Assembly (NCBI GenBank): GCA_963782055.1
Contig: CAWAIF010000003.1
Location: 4,576,001 to 4,640,000, forward strand
Length of the DNA stretch: 64,000 nt
Reading direction: 5' to 3'
DNA from: an uncultured delta proteobacterium
GTDB taxonomy: Bacteria > Myxococcota_A > Polyangia > Polyangiales > Polyangiaceae
A program made the translations under genes and the position numbers. The notes beneath the pieces are model-generated. The model had not been told where the DNA came from. It did no database searches and saw nothing but the letters and a program-made list of their open reading frames with translations. This document shows, one piece after another, positions 28,063 to 38,148 of this stretch; the stretch's first letter is position 1, and the number at the start of each line of letters is the position of its first letter.

Positions 28063-29112
28063 ATGGCGCCACCTTCGTCGCGCAAGCACCGGCACGCGCT
28101 CGAGACGCTGCTCCGCCTCACGCAGAAGCTCACCGACAACCGGCCGCTCGAGGAGTCCCTCTCCGCGGTGACCGATGCGGCGCTGGAGCTCATCCCGGCG
28201 GACCACGCCTCCATCCGCCTGCTCGACGCGACGCACACCGAGCTGCTGAGCGGCGCGCGCTCCGGCATCGGCACCGATACCCGACCCATCACCTTCCGCA
28301 AGGGCGAGGGCCTCATCGGCTGGGTCGTGGAGTTCAAGGAGGGCGTGCGCCTGGACGACACCGCGAGCGATCCCCGCTTCGTCCCTGGCGCGCGGCAGGG
28401 CTTCGCCATCCGATCCATCATCGCCGAGCCGCTCTGGTCGGCCGGCTACGTCATCGGCGTGCTCAGCGCATCCTCCCCGCGGCCGAAGGCGTTCACCATG
28501 GACGACCACCTGATGGTGCGCCTGCTCGCCAACACCTGCACCCCGCCCATCGAGCGCGCGCGCCTGCGCCGCCTCGCGCTCACCGACGACCTGACCCTCG
28601 CCTACAACCAGCGCTACCTCTCCCCGCGCTTCAACGAGGAGATTGAGCGCGCGCGACGCTCCGGGGCGCCGCTCAGCGTCATGCTGCTCGACCTGGACCA
28701 CTTCAAGAAGGTCAACGACGACTACGGCCACGACGCCGGCGACGCCGTGCTGCGCATGTTCGCCGACAGGGTGCGCCGCGCGGTGCGCCGCGTGGACGTC
28801 TTCATCCGCCGCGGCGGCGAGGAGTTCCTGCTCGTGATGCCGTCCACCACGCTGGAGCAGGCGCGCGCGACGGGCGAGCGCATCCGGCAGAGCGTCTCGG
28901 AGGCGGACTTCGACGTGGGCGACGGCGGGATGCACCTCCACCAGACGGTGAGCATCGGCGTGGCGTGCTGGGACTTCAAGGAGTCCCCGGAGGCGCTCCA
29001 GCGCCGCGCCGACGCGGCCATGTACCAGGCGAAGGACCAGGGCCGCGACCGCGTCGTGGTCTCCGCGCCGTCGCGGCCCTCGCTGGTGCCGGACACGCTG
29101 CGAGGGCGCTGA
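28063..29112 (+). CDS. GAF-domain diguanylate cyclase
   Basis: GAF domain; TDDLT, DLDHFKKVNDDYGH, I-site RRVD five residues before GGEEF. Confidence 0.9.
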   Translation: MAPPSSRKHRHALETLLRLTQKLTDNRPLEESLSAVTDAALELIPADHASIRLLDATHTELLSGARSGIGTDTRPITFRKGEGLIGWVVEFKEGVRLDDTASDPRFVPGARQGFAIRSIIAEPLWSAGYVIGVLSASSPRPKAFTMDDHLMVRLLANTCTPPIERARLRRLALTDDLTLAYNQRYLSPRFNEEIERARRSGAPLSVMLLDLDHFKKVNDDYGHDAGDAVLRMFADRVRRAVRRVDVFIRRGGEEFLLVMPSTTLEQARATGERIRQSVSEADFDVGDGGMHLHQTVSIGVACWDFKESPEALQRRADAAMYQAKDQGRDRVVVSAPSRPSLVPDTLRGR

Positions 29113-29113
29113 G

Positions 29114-29983
29114 TCAGTTCACGCAGACGTTGTTGTTGCAGTTGTGCGAGGGGCAGTCCGTGTCCTGGACGCACTGCACGCACCGGCCGTTGTCCCCGTT
29201 GCAGAGCGGGGCGCTCGGCGACGTGCAGTCGGCCGCGGTCTGACACTGCACGCACCGCTCCTGCGCATTGCAGATCGGCGCGGCGGTGCTGCAGTCGGCG
29301 GCGGTGAGGCACGCGACGCACGTGGCGCGCTGCACGTCGCACCTGGGCGTCTCCCCGCCGCACTGCGCGTCGCTGGTGCAGCCGGTGCGGCACCTGTGCT
29401 CCTGCGCGTCGCAGATGGGCGCGGCCGTACCGCAGTCGGCGTTGGTGAGACACTGCACGCACGAGTGTTCGCTCTGCAGGCATCGCGGGTCGGAGACGGG
29501 GCAGTCGGCGTTGGAGGCACACTCCACGCATCGCTTCGTGGTGCCGTCGCAGACGGGGCGCGAGGCGGGGCAATCGGCCGCCGAGTTGCAGCCCACGCAG
29601 ACGCCGGTGTTGGGGTCGCAGAGGGGCGCGTTCTGCGGGCAGGTCCCGTTGCCCGTGCAGGCCTGGTGGCACTGGTGATCCCCTGGCCAGCACGCCGGCG
29701 CCGCCACGCCGCAGTCGCCGTTGGTGCGACACGCGTCGCAGCTCCCCGCCACGCAGAACGGGTGGCTCGCGGGGCAGTTGGCGTCGGCGGTGCAGTCCAC
29801 GCACCCCAGCGTCGCGTCGCACACCTGGTTGTTCCGGCAGCCGTTTCCGCAGACGCCGGCCCCGCCTCCCCCATCGAGATTTCCCGTCGCGATGCTGCCG
29901 TTCGAGCCGCCACAGGCCACCAGCGTCACCACGGCCGCCGGCACGACGACACCGGCAAGTCGAGCAAGGTTCACGAAGCGCAT
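29114..29983 (-). CDS. Cysteine-rich repeat lipoprotein
   Basis: Lipobox LVAC; about ten repeats of CVxCxxxADC...PxC. Confidence 0.8.
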   Translation of the reverse strand: MRFVNLARLAGVVVPAAVVTLVACGGSNGSIATGNLDGGGGAGVCGNGCRNNQVCDATLGCVDCTADANCPASHPFCVAGSCDACRTNGDCGVAAPACWPGDHQCHQACTGNGTCPQNAPLCDPNTGVCVGCNSAADCPASRPVCDGTTKRCVECASNADCPVSDPRCLQSEHSCVQCLTNADCGTAAPICDAQEHRCRTGCTSDAQCGGETPRCDVQRATCVACLTAADCSTAAPICNAQERCVQCQTAADCTSPSAPLCNGDNGRCVQCVQDTDCPSHNCNNNVCVN

Positions 29984-30059
29984 ACGAAGCCTCCTGCCCA
30001 TTCCGTGGGCGGTGCGGGAGCGGGAGTTACGAAAAACTGTGGTAATTGTCGGGGCAGCC

Positions 30060-31370
30060 ATGCGCAGCACCCTCGCCGTCGCCCTCCTCGCGTCCGCTGG
30101 TGTCCTCGCCTGCGGCTCCTCTCCCGATCAGCCCGCCGCTCCCGGCGACGCCGGCTCTGACGCGAGCGCCGACGCGGGGCCCGACGCGCCATCCCCGCCG
30201 GCGGACGCCGGCGCCGACGCGACGCCCCCGGGGGACGCCGGCGCGTACCCCGCGTTCGCGCCGGACATGCCCAGGATCGTCGACCAGGGAGGAGCGATCC
30301 TCTCCAAGCCGGAGATCGTCACCGTCACCTGGGACGCCGACCCCAACGCCGCCACGTACGAGGCGTTCGGCGACGCGATGGGCGGCTCGTCGTACTGGAG
30401 CGCGGCGGTCACCGAGTACGGCGTCGGCGCCGCGACGAGCGGTTCGTCGCGCCACGTGCGCATCACCAGCGCGCCGCCGGGCACCATGACCGCCACGGCG
30501 CTCGACACCCTCATCGCGACGCAGGTGGACGGCGCGCCGGGCAGCGGGTGGCCCGCGGCCACGGCCCAGTCGATGTACGTCGTCTACGTCCCGGAAGCCA
30601 CGGCCCTCACCGACGGCGGACAGGACGCCTGCAACCTGGAGTCCGGCTACCACGACGAGACCTCCAAGGGAGGCAACGCCCACATCGTCTACGCGGTGGT
30701 GGTGGAGGGCTGCCGCGACAAGCAAGACGTCGTGCAGTTCTCGACCGAGGTCGCCTCGCACGAGATCTCCGAGACGGCGACCGACCCGCACGTCCAGAGC
30801 GATCTGGCCTGGACCAGCTTCGACGCCGATCACTACGCGTGGGAGCTCTGGCAGGGCCGGCAGGACGAGACGGCCGACGCCTGCGAGTACTACGACGACG
30901 CCTACTACCAGGAGCCCGCCCTCTCGGCGTGGGTGCAGCGCGTGTGGTCCAACGCGAGCGGGCCGCTCGGCCACAACCCGTGCGTTCCCCTCCCCACCGA
31001 GGCGTACTTCAACGCCACCCCGCTCGGCCTGGAGGACATCAGCGTCACCACCGGCAAGTCGAAGACGCCGCACGCGACCAAGGGCCTTCACGTGCCCGTC
31101 GGGCAGACCAAGACGATCTCCTTCGGCCTCTACAGCGACGCGCCGCACGCCGCGTGGAAGGTGGAGGCCGTCGAGGGTGACGGCTTCGCCTCGCTGAACA
31201 ACCCCCGCCTCACCCTCTCGACCTCCAAGGGCTCCGGCGCCAACGGGGACAAGGTCGACGTGTCGGTGACGGTGAACTCCGTCGGCAGCGCGACCGGCAT
31301 CCTGATGACCGTCGTCTCCACCTCGAACGGCCTGTCGCACTACATGCCCCTGCTCGTCGGCGCCTACTGA
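30060..31370 (+). CDS. Secreted lipoprotein with SHEISETATDP motif; paralog of 1844-3160
   Basis: Lipobox LAC; SGYH, HEISETATDP, ETADAC, VQRVWSN, KGLHVPVGQTKT shared with paralog. Confidence 0.72.
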   Translation: MRSTLAVALLASAGVLACGSSPDQPAAPGDAGSDASADAGPDAPSPPADAGADATPPGDAGAYPAFAPDMPRIVDQGGAILSKPEIVTVTWDADPNAATYEAFGDAMGGSSYWSAAVTEYGVGAATSGSSRHVRITSAPPGTMTATALDTLIATQVDGAPGSGWPAATAQSMYVVYVPEATALTDGGQDACNLESGYHDETSKGGNAHIVYAVVVEGCRDKQDVVQFSTEVASHEISETATDPHVQSDLAWTSFDADHYAWELWQGRQDETADACEYYDDAYYQEPALSAWVQRVWSNASGPLGHNPCVPLPTEAYFNATPLGLEDISVTTGKSKTPHATKGLHVPVGQTKTISFGLYSDAPHAAWKVEAVEGDGFASLNNPRLTLSTSKGSGANGDKVDVSVTVNSVGSATGILMTVVSTSNGLSHYMPLLVGAY

Positions 31371-31491
31371 GGTCCGGCTGGCGCCCCAAAGGGCGCGCCC
31401 GGACGCGCGCCAGTGCCTGTACGCCAGAGCCGCACGCGCCCGGGCGATCCAGCGCTTTGCGCGCGACGCGCGGACGAGTATGTAAGGAGGC

Positions 31492-32385
31492 GTGCCCTGG
31501 CCCCAGCGAAAGCCGTCCAGCTCGGACGCCAGCGAGAAGAAGAGCGTCGGCAAGGGCGTGTTCAAGAAGTGCGACGGCTGCGGCGCCACGCTCACGGCCG
31601 AGGCGTTCGCCGCTCGATTCGAGGTGTGCCCCGAGTGCGGCCAGCACCACAAGCTCGCGGCCGACGGCTGGCGCGAGCTCCTGCTCGATGACGGTGTCCT
31701 GGAGGCGTGGGACGAGCACTTGACCCCCGCCGACCCGCTCGCCTTCACCGACGGCAAGCCCTACACCGACCGCGTCGCCTCCGCGCAGCGCTCCTCCGGC
31801 GCGAAGGAGGCCATCGAGATCGGCCTGGCGCACATCGAGGAGCAGCCCGTCGCTTACGGCGCCTTCCTCTTCGCCTTCATGGGCGGGTCGATGGGCTCGG
31901 TCGTCGGCGAGAAGATCGCCCGCCTCTTCGAGCGCGCGACGGCGCAGCGCCTGCCGGTGGTGCTCCTGCAAGCGTCGGGCGGGGCGCGGATGCAGGAGGG
32001 CATCCTCAGCCTGATGCAGATGGCGAAGACGGTCGCCGCGCTCGAGCGCCACCGCGACGCGCGCCTCCCCTTCTTCAGCGTCCTGCTCCACCCGACGACA
32101 GGCGGCGTGGCGGCCAGCTTCGCGCTGCTCGGCGACGTGAACATGGCGGAGCCCAAGGCCCTCATCGGCTTCGCCGGCCCGCGCGTCATCGAGACCACCA
32201 TCCGCCAGAAGCTCCCGGAGGGCTTCCAGCGCAGCGAGTTTCTCCTCGCGCACGGGATGATCGACCGCATCGTCAGCCGGCTGGAGATGCGGCAGGAGCT
32301 GGCGACGCTCATCCGCATCCTGCTGCACCCGCGCCCGGACGCCGGCTCGTCGCCCTCGCTGCCTCGCGGCCTTCCCTCCGAGTGA
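31492..32385 (+). CDS. accD: Acetyl-CoA carboxylase carboxyltransferase beta subunit
   Basis: Zinc finger CDGC/CPEC; FMGGSMGSVVGEK, SGGARMQEG, PTTGGV, FAGPRVI; upstream of folC. Confidence 0.95.
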   Translation: MPWPQRKPSSSDASEKKSVGKGVFKKCDGCGATLTAEAFAARFEVCPECGQHHKLAADGWRELLLDDGVLEAWDEHLTPADPLAFTDGKPYTDRVASAQRSSGAKEAIEIGLAHIEEQPVAYGAFLFAFMGGSMGSVVGEKIARLFERATAQRLPVVLLQASGGARMQEGILSLMQMAKTVAALERHRDARLPFFSVLLHPTTGGVAASFALLGDVNMAEPKALIGFAGPRVIETTIRQKLPEGFQRSEFLLAHGMIDRIVSRLEMRQELATLIRILLHPRPDAGSSPSLPRGLPSE

Positions 32386-32392
32386 CGCGGCG

Positions 32393-33628
32393 ATGATCGC
32401 CCAGCCCGCCCCCGAGCCGCGCGAGCCGCTCGCGCGCCTCTACCAGCGCGCGCCGATGGGCATGCGCCTGGGCCTCGAGCCCATGCGCGAGGCGTGCGCG
32501 CGCGCCGGCCACCCCGAGCGGGATCTCGCCGTGGTGCACGTCGCCGGCACCAACGGCAAGGGCTCGGTCAGCGCGATGGTGGAGAGCATCGCCCGCCACG
32601 CCGGCATGCGGACCGGCTTCTACACGTCGCCCCACCTCTGCCGCTTCGCCGAGCGCATCCGCATCGACGGCGAGCCCATCGCCGACGACGCCCTCGACGA
32701 GCACCTCGGCCGCGCGCTCGATCTCGGTCCGGACCTCTCCTTCTTCGAGACCGCGACCCTAGCCGCGCTCCTCGCGCTCTCCGCGGCCCGCGTCGAGGTC
32801 GCGGTGCTGGAGGTGGGCATCGGCGGGAGGCTGGACGCGACGAACGTGGTCGAGGCCCCGCGCGCCGCGGCCATCACCCGCATCGCCCTCGACCACACCG
32901 AGCTGCTGGGCGAGACGCCGGAGGCCATCGCGCGGGAGAAGGCGGGCATCGCCAAGCCCGGGCTGGAGATCGTGGTGGGACCCGTCAGCGTCTCGGTCCG
33001 CCGCGCCATCGCGGAGGTCGCCGCCGCCCGCGGCGCACGCATCACCCTCGCCGAGGACGACGCCGAGGCGGAGGCCTTCCTGCGGAGCGGGGCGCCCGTC
33101 GGCCTGCCGGGCGAGCACCAGCGCGACAACGCGCGCATCGCCCACGTGCTCGGCCGCCGCATCGGCGCGGGCGCCGACGCGTGCGCGCGCGGCATCGCCG
33201 CGGTGAGGTGGCCCGGCCGCCTGGAGACGCTGCGCACGCCCGGCGGCGCGGTGCTGCTCGACGCCGCGCACAACCCCGACGGCGCGCAGGCGCTCGCGCG
33301 CTACATCGCGTCGCTCGCCCCGACACCGACAGCGCTCGTCTTCGGCACCCTCGCCGACAAGGCGTGGCCCGAGATGATCGACCGGCTCGCGCCCCTCGCC
33401 GCGCACCGCGTGTACGTCGCGCCGAAGGGGCGCGCCGCCGCCGACCTCCACGCCATCGCCGCGCGCCACCCCGGCCACGTCGCCGCTTCGCTCGACGAGG
33501 CGTACGCGCGCGCGCGCGCCGCGGCAGGCCCGGACGGCCTGGTGGTCGCGTGCGGATCCATCTATCTCATCGGCGAGCTACGCGCGCTGCTCCTCGACCT
33601 GCCTCGCGATCCGCCCATCGCCCTCTGA
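32393..33628 (+). CDS. folC: Folylpolyglutamate synthase/dihydrofolate synthase
   Basis: HVAGTNGKGS, YTSPHL, EVGIGGRLDATN, WPGRLE, DAAHN, GSIYLIG. Confidence 0.95.
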   Translation: MIAQPAPEPREPLARLYQRAPMGMRLGLEPMREACARAGHPERDLAVVHVAGTNGKGSVSAMVESIARHAGMRTGFYTSPHLCRFAERIRIDGEPIADDALDEHLGRALDLGPDLSFFETATLAALLALSAARVEVAVLEVGIGGRLDATNVVEAPRAAAITRIALDHTELLGETPEAIAREKAGIAKPGLEIVVGPVSVSVRRAIAEVAAARGARITLAEDDAEAEAFLRSGAPVGLPGEHQRDNARIAHVLGRRIGAGADACARGIAAVRWPGRLETLRTPGGAVLLDAAHNPDGAQALARYIASLAPTPTALVFGTLADKAWPEMIDRLAPLAAHRVYVAPKGRAAADLHAIAARHPGHVAASLDEAYARARAAAGPDGLVVACGSIYLIGELRALLLDLPRDPPIAL

Positions 33629-33684
33629 CCTTCCGCCCCAACGTATCGGGCTCGCCGGCTGCGGCGCCTCCGCATGAGCCGACG

Positions 33685-33700
33685 TGGCACGCCGGATGCT
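33685..33700 (+). promoter_or_regulatory. Putative sigma54 promoter (TGGCACGCCGGATGCT)
   Basis: Near-consensus TGGCACG-N4-(A)TGCT upstream of ATG 33770. Confidence 0.55.
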
Positions 33701-33769
33701 CCTCCCGGGGGCGCGCGGTCGCCCGTGCGCTCTCTCTTTCGGCAAGCATTGCGAGGAAAGGAGGACCTC

Positions 33770-34218
33770 ATGTCCAACGCACACGTCGAGCGTCACCCGA
33801 GCGTCAAGCTCGCGGCGCCGCCCGTGACACGCCACGCCCGCCAGGCGTACGAGCTCTTGCACTGGGGCTTCGTCATCGCCCCGGCCATCGCCGGTCTGGA
33901 CAAGTTCGTGGACGTCCTGACGCGCTGGGACAAGTACCTCGCGCCGGCCGTCGCCGACCGCCTGCCGGTCACACCCCACTCCTTCATGGTGGCGGTGGGC
34001 GTGGCCGAGATCGTCGCCTCGCTCGTCGTCGCCGTCAGGCCACGCGTCGGCGCGTACATCGTCGCGGCGTGGCCGCCATCATCGTCGACCTCGCCACCCT
34101 GGGGACCTACCTGGACGTCGCCCTCTGCGACTTCGTCCTCTTCCTCGGCGCGCTGGCGCTCGGCCGGCTGAGCGTGGACTTCGACAGGACCCCGGGCGGA
34201 CCCGCCGCGTCACGCTGA
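33770..34218 (+). pseudogene. DoxX-like small membrane protein, frameshifted near 34073 (possibly a sequencing error)
   Basis: RBS aaggagg; GLDKF...WDKYLAP...GVAEI...GAYIVAAW continues in another frame as AIIVDLATLGTYLDVALCDFVLFLGALALGRL. Confidence 0.7.
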
Positions 34219-34450
34219 GCGCAGTCCGCGCCCGGGTGCGAAGCCCGCTTCCCTCAACGGAATGCGCGAGGCCCGCAACCGACGCGCCCGTCCTCGCCCC
34301 CAGGCGGCCCGACGAGCCCCACCAGGACGGTTTCACGGCCCCGGCTGCGACTCGCGACGCGCGGTCCTTGCGCGTGCCCGGGTGCCTGGTCGGGCGCTTT
34401 TGGCGGAATACCCCTTGCTTGCGAGGGGCCGACGAAGGAGAACGCGAGGC

Positions 34451-35185
34451 ATGGGGCTTCTGGAGCTCACCGACGAGTGCAAGAACGCCGTGGATCGCTG
34501 GGATGGGCGCGTGGGCCCGCCCGCACCCGAGAACAAGAAGACGGTGGCCCTGCGCGTCTTCCGCAGCGGCTTCGTGGAGCGCTGGTTCGCCACGTCGCAT
34601 CCCATCCTGCCGGGCGTCTGGTTCGGCGGCTTCATCCTCTACGGCGCCGCCCTCCCGTTCGTGCACCCGGAGGTGGGCGTCGCGCGCGGCCTCGGCCTCT
34701 TCGCCCTCGGCGTGCTGGTGTGGACGTTCGTGGAGTACATGCTCCACCGCTTCGTCTTCCACCTGCGTCCGTCGTCGGCGTTCAAGAGCAAGCTGCGTCA
34801 GTTCATGATGCACGGCTACCACCACGAGTTTCCCAACGACAAGATGCGCCTCGTCGCGCCGCCGCTCATGAGCTGGCCGCTGGCGGTGGTCTTCGCGGTG
34901 ATCTACCGCGTGCTGCTCGGCCCGACGGCGTGGTGGGCCATCTTCGGCGGCACCTCCCTCGGCTACCTCGCCTACGACTGGATCCACTACTACACGCACC
35001 ACTTCACCCCGACGACCGCGCTCGGCAAGTACCTGCGGCGGCTCCACATGCTGCACCACTTCGCCAACGCCGACGCGAACCACGGCATCTCCAATCCGCT
35101 GTGGGACCTGGTGCTGCGCACGTATCAGCCGCACGCGCGCGCCGGGCGGCAAGAGGCGCCGGACGCGGACCCGAGCGGCGCCTGA
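34451..35185 (+). CDS. Fatty acid hydroxylase / sterol desaturase family (FA2H-like)
   Basis: His boxes EYMLHRFVFH, HGYHH, YDWIHYYTHH, HMLHH. Confidence 0.88.
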   Translation: MGLLELTDECKNAVDRWDGRVGPPAPENKKTVALRVFRSGFVERWFATSHPILPGVWFGGFILYGAALPFVHPEVGVARGLGLFALGVLVWTFVEYMLHRFVFHLRPSSAFKSKLRQFMMHGYHHEFPNDKMRLVAPPLMSWPLAVVFAVIYRVLLGPTAWWAIFGGTSLGYLAYDWIHYYTHHFTPTTALGKYLRRLHMLHHFANADANHGISNPLWDLVLRTYQPHARAGRQEAPDADPSGA

Positions 35186-35195
35186 GCCGTCGAGG

Positions 35196-35648
35196 TCATC
35201 TGGCCGAAGCCGCGAAGTTCTCGCTGAACTCCACCGCGGCGCGGCGCCCGAGGCCGCGGGCCAGCTCGCTCCGCGCGGCCGGCGCGAGGACGGCTCCGAC
35301 GGACGTCGCGTTCGGCGCGATCTCTCCGCTCAGCTTGCGGCCCGGCTCGCTGAAAACGCCCAGACGCACCGCGAGCTTGTGACCGTCGGCGGTGCGCGAG
35401 GACTCGACGCGCAACGTGAGGTAAAAGGCGCGCCCCTCCCGCGAGGCGACGAGCGTCGCCGCGCCCGCCGACTCGGTCTCGGCGCCCAGCCGGTAGCCGC
35501 AATCTCGCAGCTCGTGCTCGAGCCCGTCGAGCGCCACGTGCTGGAGGCTCGGCGGAGCCGGAGCCACGGGAGGACGCGCGCGCGGAGCTCCGCACCCCGC
35601 GAGTGCTGTCCCGACGACGAACGCGGTCAGGTGGTGCCACCTCTTCAT
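35196..35648 (-). CDS. Hypothetical lipoprotein
   Basis: MKRWHH...ALAGC lipobox; follows quinone reductase gene on same strand. Confidence 0.55.
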   Translation of the reverse strand: MKRWHHLTAFVVGTALAGCGAPRARPPVAPAPPSLQHVALDGLEHELRDCGYRLGAETESAGAATLVASREGRAFYLTLRVESSRTADGHKLAVRLGVFSEPGRKLSGEIAPNATSVGAVLAPAARSELARGLGRRAAVEFSENFAASAR

Positions 35649-35698
35649 CCTCGCCGCCGTAGACGCGGCACGACCCGGCGACAATCGTTTTGTCGCCC

Positions 35699-36658
35699 TC
35701 AGGGGACCAGCACGATCTTCCCCGCGCTCTTGCCCTCCATCACCTCGTGATGCGCCTGCGCCGCCTCCCCCAGCGCCAGCTCGCGCCCCACCACCGGCCG
35801 CAACGTCCCCGCCTCCAGCCCGGCGGCGATCGCCGCCCAGATGCTCGCTCGCTCCTCGTCGCTCGCGTTGAACAGCACCATACCGAGCACGCTCGCGTCC
35901 CGCCCCATCAAGTCGCGCGGGTTGATCTCCACCGACCCGCGGCTCCCCACCACGATCACCCGCCCGCCCCGCGCCAGCGCGCCGAGGTCGTGCCCGAGGT
36001 TCCGGTTCGCGAGCATCTCCACGATCACGTCGAATCCCGGCTTGTCGAGTCGCTCGAGCGCCTCCTTCAGGTGCTCCGGCGTGCCGTGGTCCACCGCGTG
36101 GTGCGCGCCCTCCCGCAGCACGAGCGCGCGGCCAGCCTCGCTCCCGGCGCTGCCCACCACCACGCATCCGTGCGCGCGCGCCATCTGCACCGCGGCCGTA
36201 CCCACGCCGCCGCTCGCGCCGTGCACCAGCACCACCTCGCCCGGCCGCGCCCGCGCGCGCTGGAAGAGCGAGCGGTAGGCGGTCGCGTACGGGACGCCCA
36301 GCGCGGCCCCCTGCTCGAAGGACACCGAGGTCGGCAGGTGATGGACCTGCGAGGCCTCGCACAGCGCCTTCTCCGCATACGTCCCGCTCAGCGACCCGGA
36401 GGTGAAGACGCGCGCGCCGGGCTCGAAGGGCGCGCCCCGCCCGACCGCCTCCACCTCCCCCGCCCCGTCGCTTCCCGGGGTGTAGGGCAGCGTGGGGGTG
36501 CTCGCGTAGGCACCCGCGCGCACGTACGTCTCCACCGGGTTGACCCCGGCCGCGTGCAGCCGCACCACCACCTGGCCGGGTCCGGGACGCGGATCGTCCA
36601 CCTCCTGCAGGCGGAGCACCTCCGGACCGCCGAACGCCGACACCCTTATCGCTCGCAT
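35699..36658 (-). CDS. qor: NADPH:quinone reductase (zeta-crystallin family)
   Basis: FGGPEVL, GVNPVE, LPYTPGSDGAG, VLVHGASGGVG, GKIVLVP. Confidence 0.9.
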   Translation of the reverse strand: MRAIRVSAFGGPEVLRLQEVDDPRPGPGQVVVRLHAAGVNPVETYVRAGAYASTPTLPYTPGSDGAGEVEAVGRGAPFEPGARVFTSGSLSGTYAEKALCEASQVHHLPTSVSFEQGAALGVPYATAYRSLFQRARARPGEVVLVHGASGGVGTAAVQMARAHGCVVVGSAGSEAGRALVLREGAHHAVDHGTPEHLKEALERLDKPGFDVIVEMLANRNLGHDLGALARGGRVIVVGSRGSVEINPRDLMGRDASVLGMVLFNASDEERASIWAAIAAGLEAGTLRPVVGRELALGEAAQAHHEVMEGKSAGKIVLVP

Positions 36659-36814
36659 TGGCACTCTCCTTCTGATGCCGGCCGCGCGTCTGGCGCTGCG
36701 CCCGGCGTGGCTCCCGACGCGCAACTCCCCCGCACCCCGCGCCCCGTGCGCGCCTCCGCACGGCGTGCGTCGCGTGGCTCGTCCGCAGGCGCCTCCACCT
36801 GCGCGCCGCGGCTC

Positions 36815-36830
36815 TGGCGCACGCCTTGCT
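36815..36830 (+). promoter_or_regulatory. Putative sigma54 promoter (TGGCGCACGCCTTGCT)
   Basis: TGGC-N7-TTGCT with GG-N10-GC, 30 nt upstream of ATG 36860. Confidence 0.55.
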
Positions 36831-36859
36831 TGGGTCCCGGGCCTGCCACGGAGGATGCC

Positions 36860-37630
36860 ATGAAGGTCGACCAGCTCATGACGAAGGACGTGCTCACCTG
36901 CTCCCCGAGCGACTCGCTCGAGCAAGCCGCCAGGCTGATGTGGGAGCACGACTGCGGGACGCTCCCTGTCGTGGACGACACCGGACGGACCGTCGGGATG
37001 ATCACCGACCGCGACATCTCCATGTGCGCCTACATGCAGGGCCGCCGCCTGGCCGAGATCCCGGTGGCGCTCGCGGCGTCCACCTCGCTCTTCCCCGTGC
37101 ACGTGGGCGACAGCCTCCACGCGGCGGAGGACATGATGCGCCGGGGTCAGGTCCATCGCGTCCCGGTCGTGGACGGCGGCGGGCGCCCCGTAGGCCTGCT
37201 CTCCCTCGGCGACATCGCCCGCCACATGTCCGGCCACGACGGCCTGAGCGCGCGGACCATCGCCCAGACGCTCGCCGCGATCACCGCCCCGCACGATCCG
37301 GCGCTCGCCGGGCCGGTCTACCGCGTGCGTACCGTGGGCGCGGGGGGCTGGGAGGTCTTCGACCGCGCGGGGCGGCGCGTCTCCGAGCGCATGGAGACGC
37401 AATCCGACGCCGTGGTCCACGCCAAGGAGCTCGCCCACCGCGACGGCTCGGCGCAGATCATCGTGCACGCCAAGGACGGCACCATCGCCAGCGAGTTCTT
37501 CTACCAGAAGGAAGAGCGCGCCTCGCTGGAGAGCGACGACATGACGCGCAGCATGGCGGCGACGCGGCCCGCCCGTGCGCGCAAACCCGGCGCGAGGAGC
37601 GCGCACGGCAAGGGCGCACACCACAGGTAG
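36860..37630 (+). CDS. CBS-pair protein fused to DUF2188-like domain
   Basis: RBS ggagg; MKVDQLMTKDV...CGTLPVV...GMITDRDI...LLSLGDI; C-terminal GWEV...TQSDAV..AKELA...IIVHAKDGTI. Confidence 0.78.
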   Translation: MKVDQLMTKDVLTCSPSDSLEQAARLMWEHDCGTLPVVDDTGRTVGMITDRDISMCAYMQGRRLAEIPVALAASTSLFPVHVGDSLHAAEDMMRRGQVHRVPVVDGGGRPVGLLSLGDIARHMSGHDGLSARTIAQTLAAITAPHDPALAGPVYRVRTVGAGGWEVFDRAGRRVSERMETQSDAVVHAKELAHRDGSAQIIVHAKDGTIASEFFYQKEERASLESDDMTRSMAATRPARARKPGARSAHGKGAHHR

Positions 37631-37658
37631 GCCTCGGGGATATGCTACCCTCCAGGCG

Positions 37659-38144
37659 ATGCCCAACTTCGACATCGTCTCGAAGGTCCAGTGGAACGAG
37701 GTCGACAACGCCCTCAACCAGGCCAAAAAAGAGATCGAGCAGCGCTTCGATTTCAAGGACACCTCCACCGAGCTCGAGCGCACGCCGGACGGGCTGGTCC
37801 TGCGCTCCTCCAGCGAGGACCGGCTGAAGGCCGCCTACAAGGTGCTCGAGGACAAGCTCGTCAAGCGCAAGGTCAGCCTGAAGAGCGTCGACCCGCAGAA
37901 GCCGGAGGCGACGGGCAAGGGCGGCGCCAGGATGCTGGTGAAGGTGAAGGAGGGCATCGAGGCCGAGCACGCCCGCGACATCGTCAAGCGCATCAAGGAC
38001 GGCAAGCTGAAGGTGCAGGCCTCCATCCAGGAGCAGCAGGTCCGCGTCAGCGGCAAGAACAAGGACGATCTGCAGCAAGCCATCCAGCTCGTGCGCGCCG
38101 CGGGCTTGCCGCTGGAGCTGCAGTTCGTCAACTTCCGGGACTGA
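37659..38144 (+). CDS. yajQ: YajQ family nucleotide (c-di-GMP)-binding protein
   Basis: MPNFDIVS...NA..QA.KE...RFDFK...VQASIQ..VRVSGK.KDDLQ...QFVNFRD. Confidence 0.93.
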   Translation: MPNFDIVSKVQWNEVDNALNQAKKEIEQRFDFKDTSTELERTPDGLVLRSSSEDRLKAAYKVLEDKLVKRKVSLKSVDPQKPEATGKGGARMLVKVKEGIEAEHARDIVKRIKDGKLKVQASIQEQQVRVSGKNKDDLQQAIQLVRAAGLPLELQFVNFRD

Positions 38145-38148
38145 GGGC

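Noticed and set aside
35699..37783. 694-aa ORF suggesting a fused quinone reductase
   Set aside because: Recognisable protein starts at 36658 with an RBS-like sequence; the upstream part is antisense to the CBS and yajQ genes
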